Shown here one piece after another: positions 44,211 through 54,902 of a stretch of 64,000 bases of DNA; within the stretch, counting starts at the first letter, position 1; the number at the start of each line of letters is the position of its first letter. A program made the position numbers and the translations under genes. The DNA is taken from positions 25,524 to 89,523 of the forward strand of contig PDIP01000257.1 in assembly GCA_002811645.1 (NCBI GenBank), read 5' to 3'. This DNA comes from Corallochytrium limacisporum Hawaii (Eukaryota > Protista > Pluriformea). The notes beneath the pieces were generated by a model. The model saw nothing but the letters and a program-made list of their open reading frames with translations. It was not told the origin of the DNA and made no database searches.

Positions 44211-46269
44211 AGAAATCGCTAATCTTGGTGGTCCTCGGTCGTCCATGATTCTCATCACTGCGGCTGAGTTCACATGCAAAATGCCAGTCGGAGTGCTCCT
44301 GAACATTTCGAACACTAATCCACTGACGGCATAGTTCGCACTTGAACACTTCCGTGCCTTTTTCACTTGTATTGGAGCTCCCTTTTCCGGTCGGTGCAAA
44401 GAACGAATTCACGCCGTGCGTCTGCGCCAAACTTGGGCTACTCTCTCGCTTTCGGTCAACAGTAGCAGTGTCAGTCACATTCCCCTTTACGGGCTGGAAA
44501 AACGTATTGACCCGCCTTTGTTTGGCGACCGGTCCACGGTCCGTGTCAATTGCCGCCCCATTGGCCGTTTGCTCCGAGAACATGCGACTCAGCGGGCCTC
44601 GGGCTGGCGGGACTGGTTTATTCGGCTCCTCTTTCAGCTCTTTTATCGCCGTGAGTGGCCGTTTCTCAGTCTCAGCCTTGACTGGCTTATTCGAGGCGTC
44701 TTCTGCGGTCTTGGTCTCATCATCTTCCCTATGCGACCGCTTGCGCGCAAATGCAGCGGACAAGGTCTGACTCTGGCGAACTGGTCCGTCCTTGAAACCA
44801 GAAGCACCGAGTGCGATACGACTGCATGGCAGAGCATCTGGGCAGGTCTTAAACATAGCAAAGCACCGCTTGGCCAGTATGGACGCATCAAAACGGTTTG
44901 CGGGCATCGGACAGCTTCGGCTCTTGACGGCCTGACTGCTCAGGCTAACGTCACGTCCCCGGTAATAGAAGTGTAGTGTCTTTGGTATCCGACTGTTCTC
45001 TTCTTGGTCCTGTTTCATGCGATGCACTAGCTCATTCGCGAGCACCTGTATCCAGTACATAATGCCGTCATCGTTCTTAACTGGCGCGAAGGACTTTGCT
45101 GCCAGCATGCTCTTGCTCCGGGTCCTATCCACAACTTCGGAATCGTCGTGACCGCGAACGACATCGTGAATCCATACCGCATTGCCGCGCCCGAACTTGT
45201 GTGTCAGTTCCTCGACGGTGTACTGCCAGACTTCGCCGGCATTTTCCACGCCCAGGGTATCTATGATCTCTGCCCCTAACTTTCCACCCATATTGCGAAT
45301 CTTGCGCAGGGGAAATTTCTCCATGAGGCCCAACACTCCACTGCCAAGTATAGTCGTCTGATTGTTTGGCTTGTTCATCGCCGATCCGAGCTTGCTAAGC
45401 ATCTTGTTGTGGCTGATACCTGCACTTACACGGTAGTATAATGTGTCCCACAGCTTTTGACGGAGATCTCGAACTCGCCGGGACGCCAGCCAGAGCTTGA
45501 CATCATGTTCCTTGAGTGCCTTAGAGGTGCGACTTCCATCCTTCGCATCCTCGGTGGCCATACCACCCTCACTGTTGGTGGCCAAGTGCAGACCAAGCAA
45601 TCCTTCTTCATCATCCAGGTCTCCTTCCTGCTCAGTGATCTGAGCTCGTCCCTCCTTGTCAATGACCGTGTGCGATCCTTTCTTGTTCCTGCCATCACAG
45701 ATCAGACCGAGGCCATCCCAGTCGAGCACGGTAGGTAGTTTGCCCTCTGCTTCCAGTGACTCGTACTCTTTTGTGATCTCTTCCGTCAAATCCATGAATG
45801 CCTCATCAACAGAAGCCTTCTCAAATCGTTTGCAGTGCTTCTTGAAGAACTCCATAATCTCCTTCGAGGCATCTCTGTACGGATCCAAACTGACTTTGTG
45901 GGTGCGGCGATCCGGCTTCTCATAATACTTCCAATGCGCATCACCCTCTCCAAACGTTGCCACATGCACCCATTTCAGGTCTGGCGCGAGCTTCTTCGCC
46001 TCATCAAGGTTGCAGTGCCTTCCGATTCCTACGGATTTGGCGGCGTAGTTGACGGCGATCAGTCCGTTCCACTGTACCACCGCGAAGGGTCCACGTTCCT
46101 TTCCGGTCTTTTTGTCCACCAAACCCAGCCGTCTTTCCTCCACTTGACAATAGAATGCATCCATGTCTAGATGTACAATAATCTTAGTCTTGTTAAGTAC
46201 AGGATTACTGTCGTCATTGTGGTTGACCACGTATCCGTGGCTGCCAAAGACAGCCGCGTCTTCTGACAT
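44158..46269 (-). CDS. POLH: DNA polymerase eta (Y family)
   Basis: HLDMDAFYCQVE, VVQWNGLIAVNYAAK, KVSLDPYR, EKASVDEAF, SAGISHNKMLSKLGS, UBZ (CELC...EHSDWHFA) and terminal PIP-like KISDFF. First ATG at 46269. Confidence 0.96.
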   Translation of the reverse strand: MSEDAAVFGSHGYVVNHNDDSNPVLNKTKIIVHLDMDAFYCQVEERRLGLVDKKTGKERGPFAVVQWNGLIAVNYAAKSVGIGRHCNLDEAKKLAPDLKWVHVATFGEGDAHWKYYEKPDRRTHKVSLDPYRDASKEIMEFFKKHCKRFEKASVDEAFMDLTEEITKEYESLEAEGKLPTVLDWDGLGLICDGRNKKGSHTVIDKEGRAQITEQEGDLDDEEGLLGLHLATNSEGGMATEDAKDGSRTSKALKEHDVKLWLASRRVRDLRQKLWDTLYYRVSAGISHNKMLSKLGSAMNKPNNQTTILGSGVLGLMEKFPLRKIRNMGGKLGAEIIDTLGVENAGEVWQYTVEELTHKFGRGNAVWIHDVVRGHDDSEVVDRTRSKSMLAAKSFAPVKNDDGIMYWIQVLANELVHRMKQDQEENSRIPKTLHFYYRGRDVSLSSQAVKSRSCPMPANRFDASILAKRCFAMFKTCPDALPCSRIALGASGFKDGPVRQSQTLSAAFARKRSHREDDETKTAEDASNKPVKAETEKRPLTAIKELKEEPNKPVPPARGPLSRMFSEQTANGAAIDTDRGPVAKQRRVNTFFQPVKGNVTDTATVDRKRESSPSLAQTHGVNSFFAPTGKGSSNTSEKGTEVFKCELCRQWISVRNVQEHSDWHFACELSRSDENHGRPRTTKISDFFSASAAPDSDHQPSAAD

Positions 46270-46299
46270 CTGAAGCCTGATCGTGCAACCCAAGCCCGG

Positions 46300-46373
46300 C
46301 TACATCTTTGTTCCGTATACATACTCTACCTAGTCCTAAAGCACGGCTCACTGGACTACATGATCCATCACAT
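46300..46373 (-). promoter_or_regulatory. Three ATG-stop elements in the putative POLH 5' leader
   Basis: ATGTGA 46373-46368, ATGTAG 46361-46356 and ATGTAG 46305-46300. Confidence 0.55.
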
Positions 46374-47061
46374 ATGTCAACAAACGCGTCCGGCCGCGAG
46401 TTCTTGCCCCATTTCCCACTTCCCACCTGTGAGCTAAGTACCCGGTGCGTCACGGCCCGTCGAACCCTCTGGCACAGTGAGACCCGCAGAAGCGACGAGG
46501 CTTCCTATAGTTTCGCGCACAAAATTGCTGGCTCCACCTTTCCTAATATTGTAGATCAATAATATTGGCAAAACACATCTCTTTTTTTGGGTCTCGTTTT
46601 GGTTTTTCCTGTTTCCCTTTTGTTTCCCATTCTCGTTCACCCTCCCCGCGCGAAAGGTGCTGGGTGATACTGAAAGCGCCAGTCTTTTCGGCCCACAAAA
46701 CGAAAGCCAATGGTAAAGGCGACAATGGAACGGACGCGTGTAGGGACGTCGCTTCATTTCATCGTCACACTTTCAATTTGGTCCTTACATGTTTGGTGGT
46801 TTCACAACCTTTATTTGAGGAATACGAAACGGTGAACTTCTTCATCTCTCTATGTACTAGTATACATCATGGATCCCCTGTAAGGTATGTACGTCAACCG
46901 ACCCGTGTCGAAAGGACAAAACATATGTATCAGATTTCAGACCGATGCGCAATAGGATTACTGACGCGAGGCGGAATCTAATCATGTAAGCGGAGTGAAC
47001 AAGAGAGGAAAGGGTAGTGAAGTACCATATCAGTCTGCGTAAAATTCTGCACTAAACGGCC

Positions 47062-50000
47062 ATGGGGGCTAAGGAGAGGTCAGAAAAACAACAGAGCACC
47101 GCTGCGACCGGGTCTGCGAGGCGGAGGAGGAGCGTCGAGCGAGGCACCGGTTCATCTCGCAGTGCAAAACTTGCGGCATATTATCATGAGGTATACGAAC
47201 TGATTCTTGACGACCAGCACCCCGTAACAGGTCTCATCCCGGAAGGCTCATTAGGAGAAGAGGGGCAGGATGGAAACCATGCGTGGGTGCGATTTAATCT
47301 GTATGCTATTCAGGCTGCCTGGGCTCTGGCCATTGCGCTGAGAAATGAGGCTAGTGAAGAAACCCGCGCACAAGAATATGAACTGAGGCAAAGAGTAGTG
47401 AAGATGATGCGAGGTCTACTATACAGCATGATGCGGCAGGTACATAAAGTGGAAGAGTTTAAAATGTCACGTTCCACTCAAGATGCCTTGCATGCAAAGT
47501 ACGCAGTGACAGATGGTGCTCTCGCCTGTGGAGACTACGAATGGGGTCATCTTCAGATTGATGCTACCTCTCTCTTCCTTCTGACGCTGGCACAGATGAC
47601 GGCAAGTGGATTGCAAGTCGTGGCATCTCTGGACGAGGTTGCGTTTGTTCAAAACTTGGTGTTTTACATCGAGAGAGCGTATCTCACCCCCGACTACGGT
47701 ATCTGGGAACGTGGCGATAAGACAAATCACGGCGTCGTGGAGCTGAATGCGTCGAGTATTGGTATGGCAAAGGCCGCATTGGAAGCCATCAACGATCTAG
47801 ACCTATTCGGGGCACGTGGATCTGCAGATTCAGTCATTCATGTTCTGCATGACGAGATTCGTCGCAACCATGCTATTTTTGAGAGCCTGTTACCTCGTGA
47901 ATCGTCATCAAAAGAATGTGACAGTGCTTTACTGACAGTGGTAGGATATCCGGCCTTTGCAGCGGAAGATTCTCGTTTGGTGGATCAGACGACTCAACGT
48001 TGTATCAGGAAGTTGGAGGGACGGTACGGCATGAAGCGGTTTCTGAGGGATGGCTACATGACTTCCGAAGAGGACAAGAGTCGTTTGTACTACGAACCGT
48101 GGGAGCTGAAAAAGTTTGAAAACATTGAGTGTGAATGGCCAGTATTCTTCCTTCATATCATGCTGTCAGCATTGTTCCGCGGTGAGTTGGATCGGTATCA
48201 CGCGTTCAAGGAAAAGCTCTCTCACTGCCTAATACCCTCCGGTGACTATGAATTGGTTCCTCAGATGTACATTGTGCCCAAGGACCTCATTGAGAAGGAA
48301 AAGGCCAATCCACACTCACAGAAACGGGTGGCAGGATATCGGCAACCATTAAAATGGGCACAGAGTCTTTGGATTGTGTGCCGCCTATTGGAGGAAGGGT
48401 ACGTCAGCCCTGGTGAGCTAGACCCCATCAATAGGCGACAATACGATAAGGCCATAAAGGATGTGGCTGTACAGATTAGTATCATGGCAGAGAATGCCAC
48501 GGTCCAAGGAAAGCTGCGAGCTCATGGGATCTTGAGCCAAACCCGAGAAGAACTGGCGCCGATCAAAATTTTGGCGTGGAAAGATTTAGAATCTGCCTAC
48601 CGAAAGCTTGGTGTGTGCGATAAACTCAGCCTCAGTGGTCGACCAGCGTCATCAGTTGGACCACTGAGTACGTCAAAGGTGTACCGAGTAGGGGACCAAC
48701 TGTATTTGTTCACACCACAGTTCATGGATTTGAGTAAGTACTATCTTACTTACGACACGGACTACCTCGTAGACTCCGTCCGCACGAACTTGGCCTTTGT
48801 GCGTAACAATTGGCGCATGATTGGTCGACCCACCATGTTAATCGTGATGACTCAAGATATGTTGGAGAGCGAAGGGGATCTCGCGAAGACCAGTTTGATG
48901 AGGCTCCTGCAAAGCTTTGTCAGCGGATTCTGCAACGGCGTTCGCATCCGAATGGGCCGACTGCAATATCATCTCAACACGTGCTGCTATGAGAATCTCA
49001 GCTTCATTGTGGACAAAGCGGATGCCTTCGACGCCGGCGAAGCCCTGAGTGCCGCGGTGGCCCCAATGCTTCCTTTGGACAAGAGTGCCACTCTTGCACA
49101 GCAGGACACTACGCAAGGAGATGCTGTCTCGGCTTTGACAAGAGCCAGTTCGGCGAAGGGCGCTGCCCGTTTCAGCGTATCGTCATCCGTTGAGCATATT
49201 GATCTAAAAATCTCCAGCAGTCAAGACCTCAGTGAGATAGAGAACGAGTACCCCGAGCGACTACGGACGTCGTTCCTGAGTAGTACTTCTGGCAATATGT
49301 ACAAACAGGCCTTAGTACAGAGGTACGGAAGTGTATCAGCGTCGAATCTATTGGCGCAGCTCAAGGACACGACACTTTTGCAAGATCAGATTGATATTTT
49401 GCACTACCTGTATATGACTGAGGGCGAGCACTACGTTACCGGAGTAAACGAAGATGGTACGGAGGTGACGGTGCATCATTTGCTGGAGGAAGTGTACACT
49501 AAAGCGGGCAAGCTCAGGATTTGGGCACTAGTACGTCATACTGGTGGTATGCTGGGTAAGAAAGTTGATGATCTCGCCCAGGCCGTTACAGAACTGTTGG
49601 TCCATCAGAAGCAGATCACGTTCGGCTCGGCACCAGACGAAGTTGTAGTAACCACACCGCTGAAAGATGAAGAAATGCGGTCCCTGATTCGTAAATGCTG
49701 CGAAGGTGACATTACGGCAGCGTTACTTACTGAGGAAGTGTTCGTTTACTTGAGCATGTTCGTGAGATCCGAGCCCATGGTCTTTGCGGAGATGGTGCGC
49801 CTCCGAATCGGGCTCATTGTGCGTGTGATGAAGAGTGAACTTGCTCGCACCCATCGTTGCCTGCCAGATCAGGCGACGGAACATCTGTTGAACTTAAGTC
49901 CCTACCAGGTAAAAACTATTCTGCACCATATTGTCACCGGTAGCGAGGTGCAAAATACTATTGACCGGCAGGTTGACCATTCCTTCCGCAGAGGTGAAGA

Positions 50001-50649
50001 TGTCATCCGTGAGGACAACATCCAGAAGCTTCAACAGGAGCTGTCACGAGAGGAGAGTCACCTCGAAGAGGTAGAGCCCTATCACGGCGGTGAGAACGGA
50101 GAAAAGGATGGTTCCGAACAAGGTCTGTGGAAACGTCGTCGGCAGCTGGATGGAGCCCTGAATCGTGTGCCCCTCAAGTTCTACCCCGGTGTCTGGCGCG
50201 TTCTAGAGCGATTTGGTGGTATCAGGATAGGTGGGTCAGCTTTGCCGCGTCACCCTACAGTCGATGAGATGACCGCGGGCGAATTTAAGTTTGCGATGAA
50301 GGTTGAGGGCTTGCTGAATAGTATTGAGACACCGGAGTGGCGGCAATTAGCCATCGAAGTCCTCATGTTGTTGTCATTGGCCACTGAAAAATTCTCACCG
50401 AAGACCATGGATGTCACCATTGACGTCGATGAGATTATTCGGGCGGCAGTCAGACTGTACCAAACGGAGGTTCTTGGTGAAGGGGAGGAATTGACCGAAG
50501 AAGAGCTTGTGCCTGTGTTCTTCGACTCGGCTCCATCTGGTAGCTATGGCACGATCACATACATCTCACGGGCATGTGTCACCTTCTTCCTCGACAATGC
50601 TGGGGCGCATCTCCACACAGCCGACGGTGCTGGATGTCCAGTCCAGTAG
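47062..50649 (+). CDS. PHKA: Phosphorylase kinase regulatory subunit, alpha-like
   Basis: HPVTGL, WGHLQIDATSL, DYGIWERGDKTN...ELNASSIGMAKAALEA, RFLRDGY, FENIECEWP, RRRQLDGALNRVP, DSAPSG.YGT and CaaX box CPVQ. Confidence 0.95.
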   Translation: MGAKERSEKQQSTAATGSARRRRSVERGTGSSRSAKLAAYYHEVYELILDDQHPVTGLIPEGSLGEEGQDGNHAWVRFNLYAIQAAWALAIALRNEASEETRAQEYELRQRVVKMMRGLLYSMMRQVHKVEEFKMSRSTQDALHAKYAVTDGALACGDYEWGHLQIDATSLFLLTLAQMTASGLQVVASLDEVAFVQNLVFYIERAYLTPDYGIWERGDKTNHGVVELNASSIGMAKAALEAINDLDLFGARGSADSVIHVLHDEIRRNHAIFESLLPRESSSKECDSALLTVVGYPAFAAEDSRLVDQTTQRCIRKLEGRYGMKRFLRDGYMTSEEDKSRLYYEPWELKKFENIECEWPVFFLHIMLSALFRGELDRYHAFKEKLSHCLIPSGDYELVPQMYIVPKDLIEKEKANPHSQKRVAGYRQPLKWAQSLWIVCRLLEEGYVSPGELDPINRRQYDKAIKDVAVQISIMAENATVQGKLRAHGILSQTREELAPIKILAWKDLESAYRKLGVCDKLSLSGRPASSVGPLSTSKVYRVGDQLYLFTPQFMDLSKYYLTYDTDYLVDSVRTNLAFVRNNWRMIGRPTMLIVMTQDMLESEGDLAKTSLMRLLQSFVSGFCNGVRIRMGRLQYHLNTCCYENLSFIVDKADAFDAGEALSAAVAPMLPLDKSATLAQQDTTQGDAVSALTRASSAKGAARFSVSSSVEHIDLKISSSQDLSEIENEYPERLRTSFLSSTSGNMYKQALVQRYGSVSASNLLAQLKDTTLLQDQIDILHYLYMTEGEHYVTGVNEDGTEVTVHHLLEEVYTKAGKLRIWALVRHTGGMLGKKVDDLAQAVTELLVHQKQITFGSAPDEVVVTTPLKDEEMRSLIRKCCEGDITAALLTEEVFVYLSMFVRSEPMVFAEMVRLRIGLIVRVMKSELARTHRCLPDQATEHLLNLSPYQVKTILHHIVTGSEVQNTIDRQVDHSFRRGEDVIREDNIQKLQQELSREESHLEEVEPYHGGENGEKDGSEQGLWKRRRQLDGALNRVPLKFYPGVWRVLERFGGIRIGGSALPRHPTVDEMTAGEFKFAMKVEGLLNSIETPEWRQLAIEVLMLLSLATEKFSPKTMDVTIDVDEIIRAAVRLYQTEVLGEGEELTEEELVPVFFDSAPSGSYGTITYISRACVTFFLDNAGAHLHTADGAGCPVQ

Positions 50650-51180
50650 GCCAAAGTATCCATGATTGGGCAGCTTGCAGACACCCCTGGAGACGTAGGT
50701 CGCGGACAGCGGACCTCGTCGATTAGCAAACTTCAAACTATTTGTAAGCATAAGATAGAGTAGTATGATTGCCAGGACAATTAACGCGTTGACTGACGGA
50801 TTGGTGGCTGAAACAAGCTAAAATGTGGAGTCTTCAACGCGTAGCCCCGCCTCCCTCCTTTTTGGATGAACCCCTACACCCTCCTCTGCCAGAGTTTTGG
50901 GCGCGGTTCTAATTTTAGACAGAGGCCTCAACTCTTCCCAACCCTAATGTTTCTTTCGAACTGTGGGGGCAGGTTTTCGTTCAGACGGACTGGACGGGTA
51001 CGCACGAAATGTTTTGTGCAGGTTCGACATTACCCGGTTTTCAGTGCTACAAGAAAAGGTGAACCATAGTTATTCATATCACGACGAGATTTAGGTTTGT
51101 GTATTCAGAAAACCCATGCGAGACGAAGCGTCCGGCGAAATATGTACGCAAGTATATCATTGCCTTTGTAAACAGAAATC

Positions 51181-52251
51181 ATGTCGGACTTTGCAGTGTT
51201 TTTAGACTATGACACGGACGTAGGCCGGCCCTATGTGTTTGAAGTCTTCGCTGCTGATGGTATGAGTGGCATGTTCAAGCCTGCCATTCAATACACTCTG
51301 GACGTCATTGCATCACGTTACCCCAGAGTGTTCCGAAAATTGGCAGACCACATTGATGAGTCTTATCTAGGGTTCTTATTGTTTCTCGAGCAGTACTATA
51401 TTTGGCGCTATCATGGTACACTTTCAGAGAATTTTTACGGACTCAAGCGGATGGCCTCCAAAGATCCTGATCCAGAAGTACGTGGACCGGTGGAGCTGTC
51501 GTCGAGTATGAAGCTTAGAGCCCTGCTGGCAGTGGCAGTGGTACCGTACATAAGGGCGAAACTAGACAGAATGGCCTCACCACAGCAATCATCATCGAGC
51601 GCAGGAAGTGACAGGAATACGGAAGATGGAATGTTGGGAAAATTGCGGGCCCTGGTGCGGAAAGTCTGGCCGGTGGCCAAAAGCTTGTGGGATGTTGTCT
51701 GCTTCTTCTATGTGATTGCCTACATGTACGGCAAGAGTAAGTACCACCATCCTTTGCTCCACGTTATGGGAATGGAGATCCGTCGTTTGGACATGGCTGA
51801 TGCACAACGGCTGGAAAAATACCAGAATCGACCATTCGATTGGCGGCGCTACAGTCCTGTTCATTCCAATCCGCTGCGGATCCTTGGCAGGCTTACAACC
51901 AACGGGCTCGAAACCTTGCGAGCAGCACTGCCGCTATCAATCTTCCTCCTCAAGTTTTTGGAATGGTACTATTCGAGTGGCAAAGACAAGGAGCAGGAGG
52001 GCCTTCCTGTCCCGCCACCGCCGCCAGCCCCGGAAACCCCAAAGTCAGCCATGATTCGGCCTCCGTCGGACAAGACGGACTGTCCGATCTGCCAACAGAA
52101 GCGCACTAACGATGCTGCACTGTCCACAACGGGGTACGTCTTCTGCTATCCATGCATCTTTCGCTACGTGCGGGATGAGAAGCACTGTCCCATCACGCTG
52201 GAACCAGCTGACACAGACGACATTATCAAGATCTATTCCGATGCCTTCTGA
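51181..52251 (+). CDS. PEX12: Peroxin 12
   Basis: P.VFEV.A, SENFYGLKR, IFLLKFLEWYYS, PPPP linker and degenerate RING CPICQQKRTND....TGYVFCYPCI...CPIT. Confidence 0.96.
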   Translation: MSDFAVFLDYDTDVGRPYVFEVFAADGMSGMFKPAIQYTLDVIASRYPRVFRKLADHIDESYLGFLLFLEQYYIWRYHGTLSENFYGLKRMASKDPDPEVRGPVELSSSMKLRALLAVAVVPYIRAKLDRMASPQQSSSSAGSDRNTEDGMLGKLRALVRKVWPVAKSLWDVVCFFYVIAYMYGKSKYHHPLLHVMGMEIRRLDMADAQRLEKYQNRPFDWRRYSPVHSNPLRILGRLTTNGLETLRAALPLSIFLLKFLEWYYSSGKDKEQEGLPVPPPPPAPETPKSAMIRPPSDKTDCPICQQKRTNDAALSTTGYVFCYPCIFRYVRDEKHCPITLEPADTDDIIKIYSDAF

Positions 52252-54393
52252 ACCATCATCATCATTATCATATTCTGTAACATCGTGGCACATTGTCACA
52301 CCATGGATCATATTACATACATAGGACATATGTCCACCCCCATTTTCGCCCTGTAAGTGTAGGCTTGATGACCGGTAAGGCACACCACCTTCTCGGTCTT
52401 GGCCTGAGCAACTTTCGTCGAAATATAATCAATAATATATAATCAATATATCGAAATGCCCTTGGGTTGCCCACACTGCGGTTCTTCTCGGTGGCCTCGT
52501 CGTCAGCAGCGCTGCTTAAAGTATGACCATCAGCACCTTCTTTTGTACCACAGTTCCGTTACGGAGGTTATATTAAGAAAACGCCTGCTCTTGACGACTG
52601 CTAACGCCACCAAACACCTCCCCCCTCCCCCCCCCCACCGGGGGTGAATATCGTTCCCGTCTCTCCGCGCGACGTAACCCAACAAACAATGGCCCTCCGG
52701 TCCCGGAACGGAACCGAACAGAAGAATGACTCTTACGTCCGGGTACTCCACCCAACGCGCCGCCGCCGTTTAGAACCCAAGGTTGGGGTACAAGGGCCCT
52801 GCCTGAGGATCTTTTCCAACCGTCAGCCCACTGAGGGAAGAGAGAGGGTGCCACGCACTCCTGGCTGGCATACGACCCCGGTGCCGAAGCATGTGACGGC
52901 TGCGAGGGAGCGATTTCTCGAAATGGAACAGACTGACGGAACGAGTTCAAAAATATAGATGTCGTGGTACCAGCATCACACATCCAATTCATTCAGTAGA
53001 CGATCTCGTGTAATAGAAATGGAGAAAGGCTGTGTGCTTCAAGGGAAGTAGTCTCGATGGCGATGACGATGTGTGCCTCAGATCGATTACCTCCCGCCTG
53101 AAAATCTCAGTTCGCCATTGCCCTAGGCCATTAGGTATCGGAAGGTGTGACCTATCTTACACATCGTTCCTGCTCCGGAATCTGTCCGTCTCTTATTAAA
53201 TTTGAATTGTTATCGCTCTGAGATATTGAGTGCACGGACTCGAAGTGTGTGAAACCGGTGCCGCTGTGGCTGAGCTGCAAAAAAAACCAACGAGCGCGGA
53301 TTCTCAAGCAAAGTGCAACCACACTCATGCCACAGAACCCCCCCTGGAGTAAAGCGTTCCACCTTAGGTAGTGTTCGTACTGGACCTGCCGATGGATGCA
53401 GGAAGTGCCCATTGGCTAACACTTTCATCGGGCAGCCTGCTGGTAGGCTCGGGCTGGCTGGCTTGTTGTTCTTGTGACTTGGGCCTCCTTCCCCTCTCCC
53501 AGCAGCAGGAGTATAATCGCATCGCACACAAAAAGTCACACACACGCGTACTCACGATGGGCAGCGGCCTGCCCAAAAAAGAAATGAAACACGAAACGGA
53601 ACCACTGCGACATCGTGGATTCCGGAGAGAGGGAGAGAGAGAGAGTCTCAACGGCGGCGAACGAACGGTAGCTTTCCTCTATTTTTGCCCCGCGCGCTTC
53701 GTTCTCTATATTCCCGGTACCACGGCGAACGTGTGGGAGCGTCGACGAGCCATTGAGTAATCACTGCTACTGCAAGGAAAAAGGACGAAGGACGAAGGGG
53801 GGGGAGGAGAGGGGGATCCGGAAGCATGGCCTCCCCCTTCCCGGTCCCTTTCTCCGTCCCTCCCCTCGTCTAACTCTCTTCCCCTCACTCCGTACTTTTT
53901 TTGTGTCTCGCTCTCGCACCCCCCCCCCCTCTCCCCCTTGGGCCGCCAGCAAAACATGATTTCAAATGCACGCTGGTTGCCTTTTCTTTTTCCGCTTTTA
54001 TTGTATTTGTGTTTTTTTTGGGGCTGGTGGGGGATAAGGAGGGGAGGGGGGGGCTCGATGCCTTAATCGGGACAGCAGTTGGGCCGCCTCCCCTCCTTCC
54101 CTGGGTTGTATACCTCCCTACTTTTCCCGCTCACCCTAACTTTAGGCCCTTTTGCTTATGAATTTCGAAGGCGAAAAGGCAAAAGGGGGAGGGAGGGGAG
54201 AGGCAAGGCACACCGCTGTTTGTGGGTGAGACGGGGAAACACGGTGAGAGAGAGACCGGGGTGGGGGGGAGGGGTCCGGCTTTTCAGGAGGAGCACGAGG
54301 GCGGCCCATAAAACTCTCAGCCAAATTTTTGTGGTGGTCTGTGTTCGCCGCGGTGGAATGAAAAAGAAACAGACTGAGAGGGATTGAGCGCAC

Positions 54394-54433
54394 TGTGTGT
54401 GTGTGTGCAGCAGCAGTCGTGTGTGTGTGTGTG
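54394..54433. repeat. Interrupted (TG)n microsatellite
   Basis: Two runs of about 7 TG units, each followed by CAGC. Confidence 0.8.
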
Positions 54434-54902
54434 CAGCGGTCATTTCTCACCCAGCCAGGAGACGTTTTCTGAATTTGTATTGTCTGGGCCTTTCCCATTT
54501 TTGGTGGATGCTAAATTTGGCGGTACCGTTGTAAAAATCATTTCTTTATTTTTTTGGGCCATCGGAGAGCATCACTAACTGCAATGTTTTGGTTTCTTAG
54601 GGCTGCGCAGAAAAGCGTACCGTAAATTGTACACATTCTACAAACAGAGTAGCAAAAATCATTGATCAAGCTATTAGAGGCCCCAGGTACTATTCTATGT
54701 AGTCGGACAAACTGATCACGGACAATCAGTGGTGCTGGCAGCGATTGGTTCTGCTTGTAGTACCAGCACATATTGTTAGTCACTGAGGGACAACGAACAA
54801 ACAATTTACACTGCGACGCAGCTCAGGTCGAAAATGAGAGCGGAACGTTAGCAGGCTGACGTCGACGGTAGGAGTCATAAAGACACAAAGAAGTGACAGA
54901 TA

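Noticed and set aside
46885-46990. Possible 5'UTR intron of PHKA (GTATGT donor, TACTGAC branch)
   Set aside because: No convincing YAG acceptor at the 35-40 nt spacing seen in the NEDD8 introns; cannot be supported without RNA data.
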